64,000 nucleotides of DNA from Spongospora subterranea f. sp. subterranea. Lineage: Eukaryota. A model generated the notes under the pieces. That model saw only the letters and a list, made by a program, of their open reading frames with translations. It made no database searches and was not told where the DNA came from. Position 1 is the first letter of the stretch, and each line of letters opens with the position of its first letter. Both the position numbers and the translations under genes were made by a program. Shown here piece after piece: positions 49,660 to 63,018 of this stretch. The stretch covers positions 1 to 64,000 of the forward strand of contig JAUGWO010000085.1 of the NCBI GenBank assembly GCA_049724395.1, given 5' to 3'.

Positions 49660-50800
49660 CAGCGTTTGACTGGAGATCCGCGATTAGAGAATCCTCGTTG
49701 CTTTCGTAACCAGAAGCGTACGGGGCCGGAGACCTTTGACGCGATTCTGGACATGATGGCGAGACGAAATGTCCTCGAATTCAGTAGGTTTGTTTCAGCG
49801 AAGGAAAAATTGGCGACCTTGTATATCGCTGTGCCGCGACATTTAATCGTCAAGCTCAGGAACGATTTCAACGTAGCAGCTGGATCATTACGAAGAATGA
49901 GGTTTTGAGGCGTTACTTGTCGTTTACCCAGATGCCGTCGTTTGCCCCTGGGAGATCCACAGCAGCCCGAAAATGTTTCTCTTCTTCCAAAACTGCCTCG
50001 GAATCGCACGGAACGCACGTACCTGCATAGATCAAGGTCATTCCGCAATCGCAAGGGCCTCATGAGTTATAATGTGCTAGCGGCCTGCTCATTTGATTTG
50101 CGCTTTGTTTATGTGTTTGCTGACTGGGAGGTTTCGGCATGGGATGGTGGCGTACTGCCTGATTGCCCTGCACCGCCAAGGTTTCTCGATTCCAAAAGGA
50201 AAGATTTATATTAGGTGATGCTGAACTCTCAAAACTAATCTCATGACGCCGTACCGAGGAGTTCGATACCATAATCAACGTCCCCATAATGCCAAGGAGC
50301 TCTACCATATGGGTCACGCGCAGCAGCGTAACTGCATTGACCGGATCTTGGGGCTTTGGAAAAACGGTCCCGACTCTCATGTCGTTTCCGGAATATCCAG
50401 TTTTTGTCGCAAACTATGATTGTGTTTGCGCTCTGTGCACTTCATAGCATCATCATGGGATTAGAGCAGGACGCTGAACGCATAGGACAAACTCACCCAA
50501 GAAGCGACGTACTCGATAATTTTTCAAAAGCAACAGGGCAACTGCGGGATGAGATTATCACAGCTATGTGGAACCAGTACAGAATCTAGCCTGGATTTCA
50601 ACTGCACCAGAAGATAAAAAACTTGAAACCGCTAGTTGAAAGGAAAATTGCCGCTTTCCAAGCTTCTTTTGTTAAAACCGGAATCCGCCCTCTTGCCGCA
50701 AACGAATTGAAGCTGTAATTGACGAACAAGGCACTCGTCTCGTTCGTGGTTCCACGATGCGCGTGGAGCTTCATAGGCCTTCTTGCGAGAAAATCCCATG
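49660..50800. pseudogene. Degenerate PIF/Harbinger element (transposase on +, Myb/SANT-like on -)
   Basis: FRNRKG..SYNVLAACSFDLRFVYV..WE.SA.DG.VL and LGDA; RASWNHERDECL..Q...GKRADSGF on the minus strand. Confidence 0.85.
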
Positions 50801-51015
50801 ATAGCAATAACCCCCAAGGAGCACGTGTCTGGCAAAACTGTGCACCAGAATGCTTCACAATGGCATTTTGGCCATAATGCCATATCAGAGGACTTTCATT
50901 TTGGGAATACAGCAGATGTTATTTTGGCACCCGTGGTTACCAGACGGGCACTAACATTGTAGCAATTTACTTAAACAATACATTTCAGGTTTATCATGAT
51001 ATTGCTTGATGCACA

Positions 51016-54000
51016 TTACTGATAGACAGCGTTAATCAAGGCGTCGAATTCTCTTTTGTGCATGACGGAGAATCCAGTTGCTGGGGACGCGGACACGGGA
51101 CGTCCAACATACTCCTAAACAAACGCGCTTAAGTAACAATACTCAAGGAAACCTTCAGTTCGCGTTCAGCGATAACATCACGGTTACGATGAAGTGTAAC
51201 AACAAACAAGGGCGCCAACGAAACGCAATTTCAAATAAAAATAAAGCCACATTTAATACACAAACACATGACTTACAACATCCTGGCGTTCGCGGCATTT
51301 TTTCAACGATGTCTTTATTCTGGGTTTGACATATGTCCATGCACCCATATTTTTGGGTTCTTCTTGGACCCAAAATATTTCCGCGTCGGGATAACGTTCT
51401 GCTTCTTCGGCGACTCTATCAAAGGGAAACGGCGACAATTGTTCCACTCTGCAAAGAGCAACATCGTGACGAGTTTCGCCGTGTTGCAAAAGGTCATAGT
51501 ATACCTAAACCAGAGCACTAAACAGCCGCACACGGGCAATGGATACGTTGATACCTTGCCGGAACAAAAGACGAGCTTCTTAACATTCTTGGGAGTTTCT
51601 GTGATTGCTGGACGGGATTCACAAATGACGCGAGAAAATCGTGTGCTTCCTGACATATCTTTAAGCGAGGAAACTGCGGATTTATGTCTTAGTAACGACT
51701 TCGGATTCATGACGATCAATGGCTTCCGGAATTGCCGGTGCAATTGGCGACGGAGGCAATGGAAATAGTTTGCCGGAGTGGTAGGCATGACAACTTGCCA
51801 ATTACTTTGTTGGATTTGGGTTCGGACCTCATCGTTCATTTCAGGGAAATAATCTTCATCATCAGCAGACATTTGTAAGAAACGTTCGAGGCGAGCTGAG
51901 CTGTGCTCTGGACCCTGTCCTTCGTAACCATGTGGCAGCAAAACCACAAGACCCGTCTGACGCAACCATTTTGATTCACCGCAAGATATAAACTGATCAA
52001 ATATCACTTGCGCCCCTAGAAAACAATTTCGATGTTGAACGCAAGGAATTTCGCAAAGGGCATACCATTCGCGAAATCGCCAAATTGAGCTTCCCATATA
52101 ATAAGAGCATTCGGATCTTCAAGCGAATATCCGAGTTCAAAACCAAGAACACCAAATTCACTCAAGTTTGAGTTTGACACGGAGAATACTGCTTGTTTTG
52201 GCGAAAGGGACGTCAGAGGGACAAACGGTTCTCTATTGCCATCTTGCTGATCATGAAGAACAGCATGGCGATGTGAGAAGGTACCACGCTCAACATCCTG
52301 ACAAGGACGTTCGAAATTCAGCGAAGAAAAGACATGCAACAAAAAATATACCTGTCCGCTAAGTCGCACATGGTATTTTTCAAGTAACAAGGACCCAAAC
52401 GCCAAAGCCTCAGCAGTACCCCAATCAAAATTTTCGCCGGATTCAAACATTGCAGCCTTATTCGCTAGAATAGCGGCAAGTCGTCTATGAACATTGAAAC
52501 CTTCCGGTACTGAGCAAAGCCTGTAAAATGGCATCAACTATCGTAGAACTGAAGTAATGAATTAACATCAAAATACTTTTGCCCAATGTCTTTTAAAACA
52601 GAGGTATCGACACCAGTAGGTTTCCGCATGGAGTGCTTATTCGCACCTAAAATACCCTCCCAATTGGATGACAGCCAATCAGTGGCAACTGAAATGCGTT
52701 CCCTAGAATCGTCAAACGCTTTTTCCAGTTTTTGTGTTGCACTGAAGGAAATCTGGGACAGAACATAAATGATTTTTTTGGAAAATTTTAAATGGAGTAC
52801 CTTGTCTGCTTCGTTCCGCAGATAACTTTTCCATTGATTCAAGTTTCGCTCGGTAAATGTCCAGAACGGAACTCATTTGGCCGATTTTGCGATACATTAA
52901 CGGCTGTTTTGAAGTTAGAAAAGCCATCCAAACAAAGCGTGCAATACCTGTGTGAACCTATGGCAACGTTTATCAAGTAATAACAACAAGATATGTGCTA
53001 TGTCTTACATTGGTTCATCGATTTCGTTATGTCCGAACTTTCTGTAACAAACCATGTCGATGACAACGTCTCCACCGAACCTGGATACGAAACAATGTTA
53101 TCACATTGTAACAGAAATTACAAATATTACCGTTGCCTCCACGCTGCGGCAAGATGATGAACTCTAACAACAGCTTCGACATCATTTCCATTAACATGAA
53201 AAATCGGTGCATTGAAGGCTTTAGCGAGATCGCTGCAGTAAGCTGATGAACGCGACCTGCAAATGGGTCAACAAAAAAAAGACGAAAATACCATCAATAC
53301 TTCATGGGGTCTGTCGTGAACCCAATTTGGTTATTGACAATAATGTGCACAGTTCCTCCAACAGAATAGCTGGGCAAATCGTTGAAACCCATAGTTTCGT
53401 AAACAACTCCTTGACCTGCGAATGCCGCATCTCCATGAAGTAAAAGAGGTAAGACTTTAGAATGGTCTGAAATGAAAGGTCAGCAGCAAATATTGCCACA
53501 AACGAGGTTAAAACTTCACCATCACTATGTTTATAGAACTGCTTAGCACGAGCCTTCCCCATTACGACCGGATTCACGGCCTCCAAATGAGACGGATTCG
53601 CCAGCAAACTAATGTGCACATTACCACCACCAACAACGGGGCGGTTGAAAGACATTCCAAGATGATACTTCACATCACCACTGCCTACACATGTTGAGAA
53701 CAATCGACATCGAAACTGACGTGGCATACCTTCAAACTGGGATATGTCGCCTCCCCCGGAAAACTCAGCGAAAATTTGGGGAAGTGGCTTCCTGACAACA
53801 TTGGCGAGTACATTTAAACGCCCACGATGAGGCATTCCCAAAACAACATCGGTAACACCTGAAAAAATTGAAAGAGTGTATGTCTGCATTTTGAAATTGT
53901 GTTAACCATTATGATGTGCATGGTCGATAAGTTGTTTCATCCCAGGAATAACAGCTTCTCCTCCTTCAAGACCGAACCTCTTTGCAGTTGACCATTTTTG

Positions 54001-54877
54001 AGCAAGAAACCGCTCAAAATAGGTTGCCCAGATGAGTCTATCGAGAATATGCTCACTTTCCTGTTTGGTGAAAGAGTATGGCGAGGGAGTCTCGATCTGG
54101 TCACGAATCCAATTGCATTGCTCTGTAACCATACTTTTAGAACACAAGAATGTGTGTAGAACATGCGATATACCTGTATCCGGAATATGCATATATTCAT
54201 AGCCAATAGTATCCATATACGTCTGTTTTAGTTGTGTCAAAAGATCTTTCAACTTAAGTGGAGGGCGGGACGAATCATGGAACCCTGTGTAGCTTGACGT
54301 TAAAAGGGTCATTCGAAAACAAAAGCTCAACAGAACCTTTCATGCCCTTTACACGAATGTCAACGACTCGATCAAGATCACTTTCAGAAATTCCAAACTG
54401 GGATAGCTTGAACGCATCTGTAGAAGTTAGACCTCGGTCAATACCATGAGTGCTTATCCCGAGAGGGTCTACAAATAATAAGAATTAAAACCCTATCCTA
54501 GTTGATATATTTCCTTTCTACCTAAATCGGCCATATAATGGCCACGAACTTGATACGCTCTAATCAACTGAGTAACTTTTACTGCAAGCTGATCGAAAGA
54601 TGTGTCCGACGTTGAAGCCGCTGTAAATTCAATGACAGTTCAATGCAAAATGTAAAAAGTTCATGAACCGTTGTATACCTGAGGATCCTTTTACAGGCGG
54701 TGAAGAAAACTCCCCTGTACGAAAATACGCGTCCCAAGAAGAGTGAACCGACTTGGGATCTTTCCGCCAGTTCTCGTACATTGCTTCCATATAGACTGAG
54801 TTTGTGCCATGATATACTGATAATCTTCTAGTTTCGATACGAGGGTATCTGCGTAAAAGCGAAATAGCGCGAATCAT
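51016..54877 (-). CDS. OGDH: 2-oxoglutarate dehydrogenase E1 subunit (mitochondrial), many introns
   Basis: [85 protein letters not shown]; Arg-rich presequence. Confidence 0.98.
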
Positions 54878-55083
54878 GATCACTTAAACCCAAATCGATT
54901 ATGGTTGACCGCTGCTAATCCCGAATCGGGGTTGTAGTAAAACCCCAATCAGGAATGAGACGTTGTTGGAGCGACTATAGGTCGTCACCACAAGACCGTA
55001 TCCTGAAAGTGCGTGACAGTCTCGTACACTGCATGCACCGCAGGGCAGTCGGTGTATATCACGGTCAGAGGACCCGTCATTCA

Positions 55084-55844
55084 ACAAGAAGACTATCCTG
55101 GGTCCCTGGATGGGGGAGGCCTACCCACCGGACGGTAGTGACAGGTCGTCCACTACAAGAAGACTATCCTGGGTCCCTGGATGGGGGAGGCCTACCCAGA
55201 CGGTAGTGACAGGTCGTCCACTACAAGAAGACTATCCTGGGTCCCTGGATGGGGGAGGCCTACCCACCGGACGGTAGTGACAGGTCGTCCACTACAAGAA
55301 GACTATCCTGGGTCCCTGGATGGGGGAGGCCTACCCACCGGACGGTAGTGACAGGTCGTCCACTACAAGAAGACTATCCTGGGTCCCTGGATGGGGGAGG
55401 CCTACCCACCGGACGGTAGTGACAGGTCGTCCACTACAAGAAGACTATCCTGGGTCCCTGGATGGGGGAGGCCTACCCACCGGACGGTAGTGACAGGTCG
55501 TCCACTACAAGAAGACTATCCTGGGTCCCTGGATGGGGGAGGCCTACCCACCGGACGGTAGTGACAGGTCGTCCACTACAAGAAGACTATCCTGGGTCCC
55601 TGGATGGGGGAGGCCTACCCACCGGACGGTAGTGACAGGTCGTCCACTACAAGAAGACTATCCTGGGTCCCTGGATGGGGGAGGCCTACCCACCGGACGG
55701 TAGTGACAGGTCGTCCACTACAAGAAGACTATCCTGGGTCCCTGGATGGGGGAGGCCTACCCACCGGACGGTAGTGACAGGTCGTCCACTACAAGAAGAC
55801 TATCCTGGGTCCCTGGATGGGGGAGGCCTACCCACCGGACGGTA
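55084..55844. repeat. 71-bp tandem repeat, ~10.7 near-identical copies
   Basis: Unit ACTACAAGAAGACTATCCTGGGTCCCTGGATGGGGGAGGCCTACCCACCGGACGGTAGTGACAGGTCGTCC; one 68-bp variant. Confidence 0.98.
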
Positions 55845-56012
55845 CACCGTTCATCGTAATTAGTGTGTATTACAGTGATTGCGTTTGTGTGATTTTGGGT
55901 AACTCCACAGTTAATAGTGTGTAACACACTAATTGGGAATACACACTAATTATAGGGTGGTACGAATAGTGTGTAACACACTATTCGGGAATGTTCATAT
56001 TTAGTGTGTACT
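55845..56012. repeat. Cluster of short inverted repeats, probable transposon end or MITE
   Basis: TAATTAGTGTGTATT / AATACACACTAATTA and two palindromic TAGTGTGTAACACACTA copies, next to the pogo-like ORF. Confidence 0.65.
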
Positions 56013-56249
56013 CCAGTCGCAGTGTTGACAGGCAATACTATAGATATCCTATATGATGTCAAGGCATGGTCGAACGACCTTCATGCCATCATCGTCAAAC
56101 AAAACAACCGCTTCGGTGGCGAGGGATTTCCACCGCACACAATTTACCTCGAACATATTTCTGTTTAATTGAATAGCGACGTGCAGAGAGGTACTACGGC
56201 TGAATGGCAGCGGGTGCGACGCCGGGCAATGCAACCGCCTCGCCATCAA

Positions 56250-57520
56250 AGTGGTTTTTGTGTTTGACGATTATATCCTGAAGCTCAGGCGTAGCTGCTT
56301 AACGTGCCAGAAGCCAGTTACGTCTAGAGATAGGCCGCATCGGATCATTGCTTTCCGAGCGTACGTCAATCCGTTGCTGTCGCGCATGGAGTTCACAGCG
56401 CGGACGCAGTCGGCGGCCAGCTGGAGAAAATACGCTTTGCCTGGATTCCGGAGCTTTCCCGACCAGTTCCCGCCAGCTCTGACGGTGTTCGACCACTCGT
56501 CGCCTTGGATGAGTTCGAATTTTTTCAAATCCCATCGACGGGTCCATTCGTCTTTGATTTTAGAAATTACAAACGAATCGGCGGGCTGAACCAAATCAGT
56601 CGCGCATGGCGGAAAATAGTGGACGGCCGTGTTGGTTTCAGCCAGAGCACCGTCAAGCTCTTGAGAGGCATTGTGCCCGCCGCAGTTATCAACCCATAAA
56701 TGTATTTCCTCTCGGCGGGGATCGAGCGGGTAGGCGCGACGCTCTTTCATATACAACGGGAACACCTGTACCAATGTCATCTGCGGTTCACACTCCCGGC
56801 CAAAAAAATAGATCTTACGAGCTTATCATTCCAGGCTTTAGGACCGGTACGATATGAGGCACCTGGTATGGAATCAGGGAAACCATTTATCGGGTACTTC
56901 CTGTTCTTATTCATGAATATCATCATCGGTGCCACGATACGGGCTTGGGGACCACCCGTGATAGTCACCATCATCGTCATTGATTCTCCACCCGAAACAA
57001 CATCGGCGTATTTCACTTGGATGTCTCCCCTCATTCCCAGTGTCTTCCCGTTGTCTGATTGCAACAATATAAATATGCCAGACCCGATAAACCGAACCAG
57101 TGAGTTCACCGACCGCAATTCACGATGAAATGTGTCTCATCCATGTTTCGCATTTTATTCTCATCGTATAATCCGCTCTGGAATCCGCGATGAAGCTTCC
57201 CCAAGTGATAAAGCAACCGATCGATGGATGTGATCAAGCTTCTGTGGACTGACCAACAGCTTCCCCGTCTGGCAACGATTAACGATGTCGTTGCGCTCCT
57301 GGTGCCAATCGCTCAGTGTAATCCTCACCCTTACTGTTATAGTCTACCAGATTGTATTCCATCGTTCGACACTATGGAACTTCAGAAACCTCTTCCATCC
57401 AACATGTACACTGTCAATCGCATTGATCGGCGTTCCCGTGTTCTAAACTCACATCTCAAAGTATTCTGCTTGATCTACCTTGTCAGTTTTGGTCCTGTTC
57501 TTCAGCCTCTTTCTGTGTAA
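56250..57520 (-). pseudogene. pogo-like (DDE_1) transposase with introns and frameshift
   Basis: NMDETHF, TGPKAW, WVDNCGGH, FPPCATDLVQPAD; GTAAG...CAG intron near 56781-56818. Confidence 0.82.
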
Positions 57521-57590
57521 TGATTCCTGTTAGGTTGTGTCACTGATCATGAGCATGGTTGGTGTGTATTTTTGAGAATCTGTCATGGAT

Positions 57591-58054
57591 TCAATAATCC
57601 ATCATATCGACATATCGGGGTTCCATCTCACTCATACAAGGCATCGTGGGAGCGAATTTTGCGTTAGAAGGTCGCCTCACATATTGTCGATTTATCTGAT
57701 CGCTGTCAAGGTTTCTATGGTGCCGATAATTTTGATCGAATAACGTTCGCCGAATCATATTTGACTCATGCGTTTCGATATTATTTAGTGTTGCGTTCAC
57801 CGTATACGTATGTTTCCCTAAACACGACATAATGTGCTCGTTGATATCCATTGTAGGTTGCGAGCACAATGGATCGCTATTGCTCTGGAGCTCCTGCACC
57901 TGAAATCGACAGTTGCATTGAACTCGATATTATGTCCTAGCGGTCAGTTGGATTCTACTTCCAGCTGATAATTTTCTGTTTTACTGTTGTAATAATCTGC
58001 AGTATTTGGTTTCCAAGTAGTATAAACATCTGTTGTCGCCATTGCTGCGACCAT
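57591..58054 (-). CDS. Small hypothetical protein (one predicted intron)
   Basis: ATG exon, GT...TTTCAG intron and a 102-aa second exon; no recognised motif. Confidence 0.4.
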
Positions 58055-58305
58055 TTTTTGTAAGATCTACGCAACGGTTTTCATGTTTATCATGACGCTG
58101 GATGAATAGATCGTGAAATAGTTGTCGCTGGCTTTTCGGATCAAGGTATTGTCTTTATTATTCTGAGCCACAAACCCCCTAGTATGATTACTATATACAG
58201 ATCATGTGGTATTGTTCCAGGACGTTGTCGATGGAAATACCAGTTATTCATAATCAGTTGTTAACAGGAACGAGATCCGCTTCTTGGGAAACCCCTCTTA
58301 TAAAT

Positions 58306-58866
58306 TCAATCAGGACGAATTTCGCGGCTGACAATGGACATCTTGAATGAGGAAGTGCTCATATTACCGATCGGCGAAACAAGCCAAAGCTTATCGATGT
58401 CGTGTTCAGGAGCTATAATCCAGTGTTGAGTTCCCTTGACAATCTTCTCAGCAACGTCTGCCGTAGTTGCCTTTGCGTATAACCGGTATGTCATTTCAGC
58501 TGATGGCGGTGGATTGGCCATTATGGCACGAAGCAGCAGCAGTTTGCGGAAGAGCGTTTGAACTTGCTCAACAGGAAAATTCGAAGAAGTCAACGTTCCG
58601 TTGAACTTGATGATATGGGTTTCAGATAATGTGCCATTTGAAAAAATGGCGATGTATATATGTGATAGACGCCCTCGAAATATTTGAGCAGATAAAGATG
58701 ATACCCAGTCCTGAATGTAATTTCGAGCGTCCGCAAAACGCGGGTTCAAACTATGAACTGGAATACCGACATGGTTCTTGTTTATGAAACACTGTCTAGG
58801 GTAAACATAGCGCTGATAGAGGATCTCTTCTATAGCTAGGACGATTGATGATATAAATCCATCCAT
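58306..58866 (-). CDS. REV7: HORMA-domain protein, REV7/MAD2L2-like
   Basis: AIEEILYQRYVYP..CF.....GIPV......YIQD pattern; 186 aa. Confidence 0.78.
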   Translation of the reverse strand: MDGFISSIVLAIEEILYQRYVYPRQCFINKNHVGIPVHSLNPRFADARNYIQDWVSSLSAQIFRGRLSHIYIAIFSNGTLSETHIIKFNGTLTSSNFPVEQVQTLFRKLLLLRAIMANPPPSAEMTYRLYAKATTADVAEKIVKGTQHWIIAPEHDIDKLWLVSPIGNMSTSSFKMSIVSREIRPD

Positions 58867-59053
58867 ATTGGTTGGGCATTATATCAGAATAAGAATTATC
58901 CGCCGACCGAGCCCGCCCACCCATTCCCAAACCCTCTTCGGACAAACAGTTGCGCGAAATCAATCAGTCGATAGAAACCCAAAAGTTAAATCAATTGTGT
59001 ATTTGGCAACTGATGGAGGATACAAATTAATACAATACTCTACGTTGGCCGGT

Positions 59054-60269
59054 TTAGCTTCTGAATATTAGTTGATTTGGGACGGGAGATTGTACATCGG
59101 TCAAAGTCATTGTGAGTAGCTGAATATTGTCGTTGATGCAAGTGTTCCAGACGCTAGTGGCGTTGATTATGTATCCATCACGTCTGACCAAGTTAATTCT
59201 GAATGTAGATGTCGTCTGCGCTAAAATTATCGAGTCAAGAAACACGCACGTTAGCTCCGCCCATGATGAATGTTGGAAGAGACTAAGATGATTCGTCAAT
59301 CGTGATACAATTGTGGATAATGAGATGTCGTACCTCCAAAAAGGATTGCTTCCCATAGAATCTAGTTGCCATACATTAGAAAAGTAATGCAATAATTGGT
59401 TTAGCTGTTCGCAGGAATAATCGAGAACAGCCACGGCGGGGGGATTTAGCAAAAGTGAATACTGATATGTGCAACCGGATCTATCCATCAAGAACTGAAA
59501 AGTAGGTTCAGTTTGGTTCGTGAACGCAATGGGGGTCTGCACACAATAGCTTATTTAGCAAAAACACAAATGTTGGACTTCAACATATATACCATGCACA
59601 CTCGTATAAATACTGGCACAACGTTGAACAATCGGTCTGCATGCAGGAAAGCGATTCGATCTACTTCTGTTTTCTTTACACTGAAATTATCGAACAGCCA
59701 GGTCATGAGGTCTAATATGTCTCTTGGGGTCAGGCTACAGGATAGAATTTGCCATAGATATGCACTATAGGCGTTCGTCAGACGAGCGGTTCTACTGGGT
59801 TATCAGGAGCTTACCTTCGATGTGAAGAAACGAACTGCATAAGTTGATCATTGGTATACCTTCTGAAACAGGTTAGAACCAACAACTTGAAACTGTTGGG
59901 TTCCATCAATGGGGGCTCGAAGCTGGAGACTATAGGAAGCGATGTCTGGAAACCTAAGTCCGGCGGGGGTCTTGCGTCTGGTTGGCAGCTCGCGTCTAGT
60001 CCAAGACGAATACATCTGGGACATGGTCGTTCATCGGACTTGCACGCTACCTTCGCTTTGTGGCAAGATGAACAGGCACGAACATCCTTCAATCGCCGTG
60101 CCCAATCTCGGGGTGCTTTCTGACAAATTTGACGGTCTTCACATTGGTCGATTGTGCCTCGCAACTCACAGCGAGAACACGGCCGGTTCCGGTCGCACCT
60201 TAATTTAGCGGCAGAGCACAGAGAGCAGGCAATTTTGACTCTTTCAGGTCTTCTGGTATTGTCTGCCAT
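59054..60269 (-). CDS. Transcription factor with two Zn(II)2Cys6 clusters, multi-exon
   Basis: ACSLCSAAKLRCDRNRPCSRC.....C and ACSSCHKAKVACKSDERPCPRC.....C; downstream exons joined by plausible introns. Confidence 0.85.
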
Positions 60270-61723
60270 GGCGTTTATCCTAATTTGAACTATTTCAGTC
60301 CGACTACTGGTGCTACTCTCTCCGGACCTATTTTTAGATCTGACGGCTCAATGAACTGCGGGGTGTTAACCCGCGGTAACATACACAGTGGATCTCATAG
60401 CCCCTGGACCGCGGAAATTAGACCCTTATTCGTCACGAGCTGTCGTTTTCAAGTTTTGGCGGTCGAACTCAGATTGGTCTGCGAACATGTTGTCCTGGTT
60501 GATTTGGCGAACACTGGCGCGAGATCTCTGAGTATTATCATGTGGCCGGGTGTCTGACTATCATTCCGTACTGAAATGATGCAACATTGAGTGTGAGGCA
60601 GCACATCCAGGACAATCAGTATGATCACTAAAAAAAGAGGCACGACTAAATTCGAACAGTGCACTCGACGAATATGCTGCTGGCTATTCAAAGGCAATTC
60701 ACATAAAACAAGAAACTGTCTAGAGAATCAATCATAAGTTTGGGACGCTACAATTCGATTGACTTTCCGACAACATGTTTCTCTTAAAGACACAGTTAAC
60801 TCTAGTTCACATTGTGGGCACTTTGCGGCAGGGGTCATACAAACAACTGCATAAGGCACAATAGGTGGCAAAAGTCAGGGACATCCGCATATACAATAGA
60901 ATCTGCAGTAAACGATCCGATGAAGTTGCTCAGATAATGGTGCGTTTACCATTCTCAATCCCTGCTGTATCGGCGATTAAGTCATTGACAGCGGAAAAGA
61001 TTTTGTTCCAACTGATTTGGCATGAGAAATTCGCAACCTTCTGGTCTGCATTTTTTTCCATAGGTTGATGTTTTTGCATGCTAGTTGATCGCATAATAGC
61101 AATCAGATATATATTGGCCGCTATGCAACTTCATTGGCTTGGCCTTCAGCTACAATTTCGATCAACGGAAGCTCAATAACCTGCGATATTCTAATTATTC
61201 ATTCAGGACACCAACCTTTGATGGCAGTGGAAGTCGTTAGGCTTGGCAAACACACATTTGGATGTAGGGTCAACAGGTTCTATCCATTGCTTATTTCTAC
61301 AGTTTTTACATGACCTTCAGGTCCACTTCGAGCAACTTTTGCTGCGACAATGAGCTACATTGTGGAATACTAGATCTTTAACAACATGCACCCCCAATTA
61401 CACCAGTTAGGATTAATACCGATTTGATGAGCGGCATGATAATAGTACGGCTGCCTGATTTTCATGGTGGTATATAGTGCTAATTCACATAATATCTGAA
61501 GCCTGCCTCAGCGGTGATCGCATACTTTGACTGCGGCTCAAAACAGGGAGAAACATATTTTCGTCAAAGCTGACATAAAAACGGCGTTCCTTAACATAAA
61601 ATATTCAAGTTTTTGTCACAAAACTGAAACAAACCTATGGAAGAATATTGGCACTGCATCACGGTAATGTAGTGGCCCTCTGTTCTGAACTCAAGTCATT
61701 TACAGAATATATTAGTACAGTGA

Positions 61724-62782
61724 TTAATTATGTGTTCCAGTTTTCAGCAGCATGTCGTCGACTTTTCTTATTAAAGCGGTGCCGATCTTCTTCGCATACT
61801 GTATGAATCGTTAAACAACGCAACAAAACGAGTAAAGGCCAACAAACTTACGGAGATGGAATCAAGGATACCGGCAGGAGATAAACTGCCCGAACCTGAA
61901 ATCACAATGAGATGAAGGGAAAAATGACCAGTTGATGGAAAACTACCGAGTTTCACAACGCCACATATATCTCCATTGATATTTACAGCGACACCAATTT
62001 GAGCGGTCATGCACAACTCTTCTTGAACAGTGACGTCGGCCACAAATCGTTTTCCGATCTAGGTCAAAGTGTAAACAATACTACTAATCCATACAAAGAT
62101 GAATTTTCACACCTTGGTTAACGAGATACAAACCGGAGTCAGATCGGCAAGAAGTTGAGTTGAATCAACAGGGTCTGGCATTACTTCAAAGTCTTGTTCT
62201 TGAGGAGAGCTGGAATTGCCGGTTAAACGTAAACAAGGTACCTGAGAAATGGTGAAAACATTAAATTAAACTATGGGAAATATGCGAAGAACCATCATGT
62301 ACCTGAGCAGTTTTAACAGCTGCTCTTACACCAATAGATATAGCATCAAGAGCGCTCCCATCAGTGCTAACTATCTCTGCGTCAATGTATATTGCCCACA
62401 CTAACCGACCAGGAATAATGCAAAGCGATTCCAAATCGATCGAAGATTCGAAGATACGTTGAAGAGCGGACGTTAGCTCAGTGTTGGCGTCTTGGGAGCC
62501 TTGCCCTCTGAATTGATCGGATGCAGTAGAGGAGCACTCAACATTGCAGACAATGAAACCATCGCGAGGCGTCTGGGTATTGGGTTCAGCAACTTCAAGC
62601 TTAACACCGACGACAACATTAGTTTCTTCAAGAATAACTCGAGCGGAGCCGTGAGCAGCTGGAACAACCCCAATAGATAATTGCAAAGGCCTATACTCTA
62701 ATCTTCCCCGCCCGTCGCTACGAACGTTTTTATCTATCCCATCGATCAGGAAACTCCTTTCCGATCGCGACAACGAGAACAT
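61724..62782 (-). CDS. RRP42: Exosome RNase PH-like subunit RRP42, multi-exon
   Basis: LS.SE..F..DGI...VRSDGR...YRP, GSARV, VVGVKLEV, IDLESLCIIPG...W.IYID, ADVT.QEE. Confidence 0.92.
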
Positions 62783-63018
62783 AATGCGAAGCGTGGCGAG
62801 GTACGCCTGTTTACGCTTGCCACTGCGTTTTCCTGTTGGCCATGGCCAGGCGGCGGACTACCCCCGGCCTCCGTCACGGAGTCAGACCCTGTATACACTT
62901 TCTGTACATTAATGGTGAGTGTGCGCAACCCTTGGCCATGTTATGTGCCCTTACGAAGAGAGAGAGAGACCCTTTTATCATATCAGATGACGTCTGTAGT
63001 TGAGAAACGCTCATTCCA

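Noticed and set aside
55084..55844. CRISPR array
   Set aside because: Units are contiguous and identical with no unique spacers; eukaryotic context and no cas genes.
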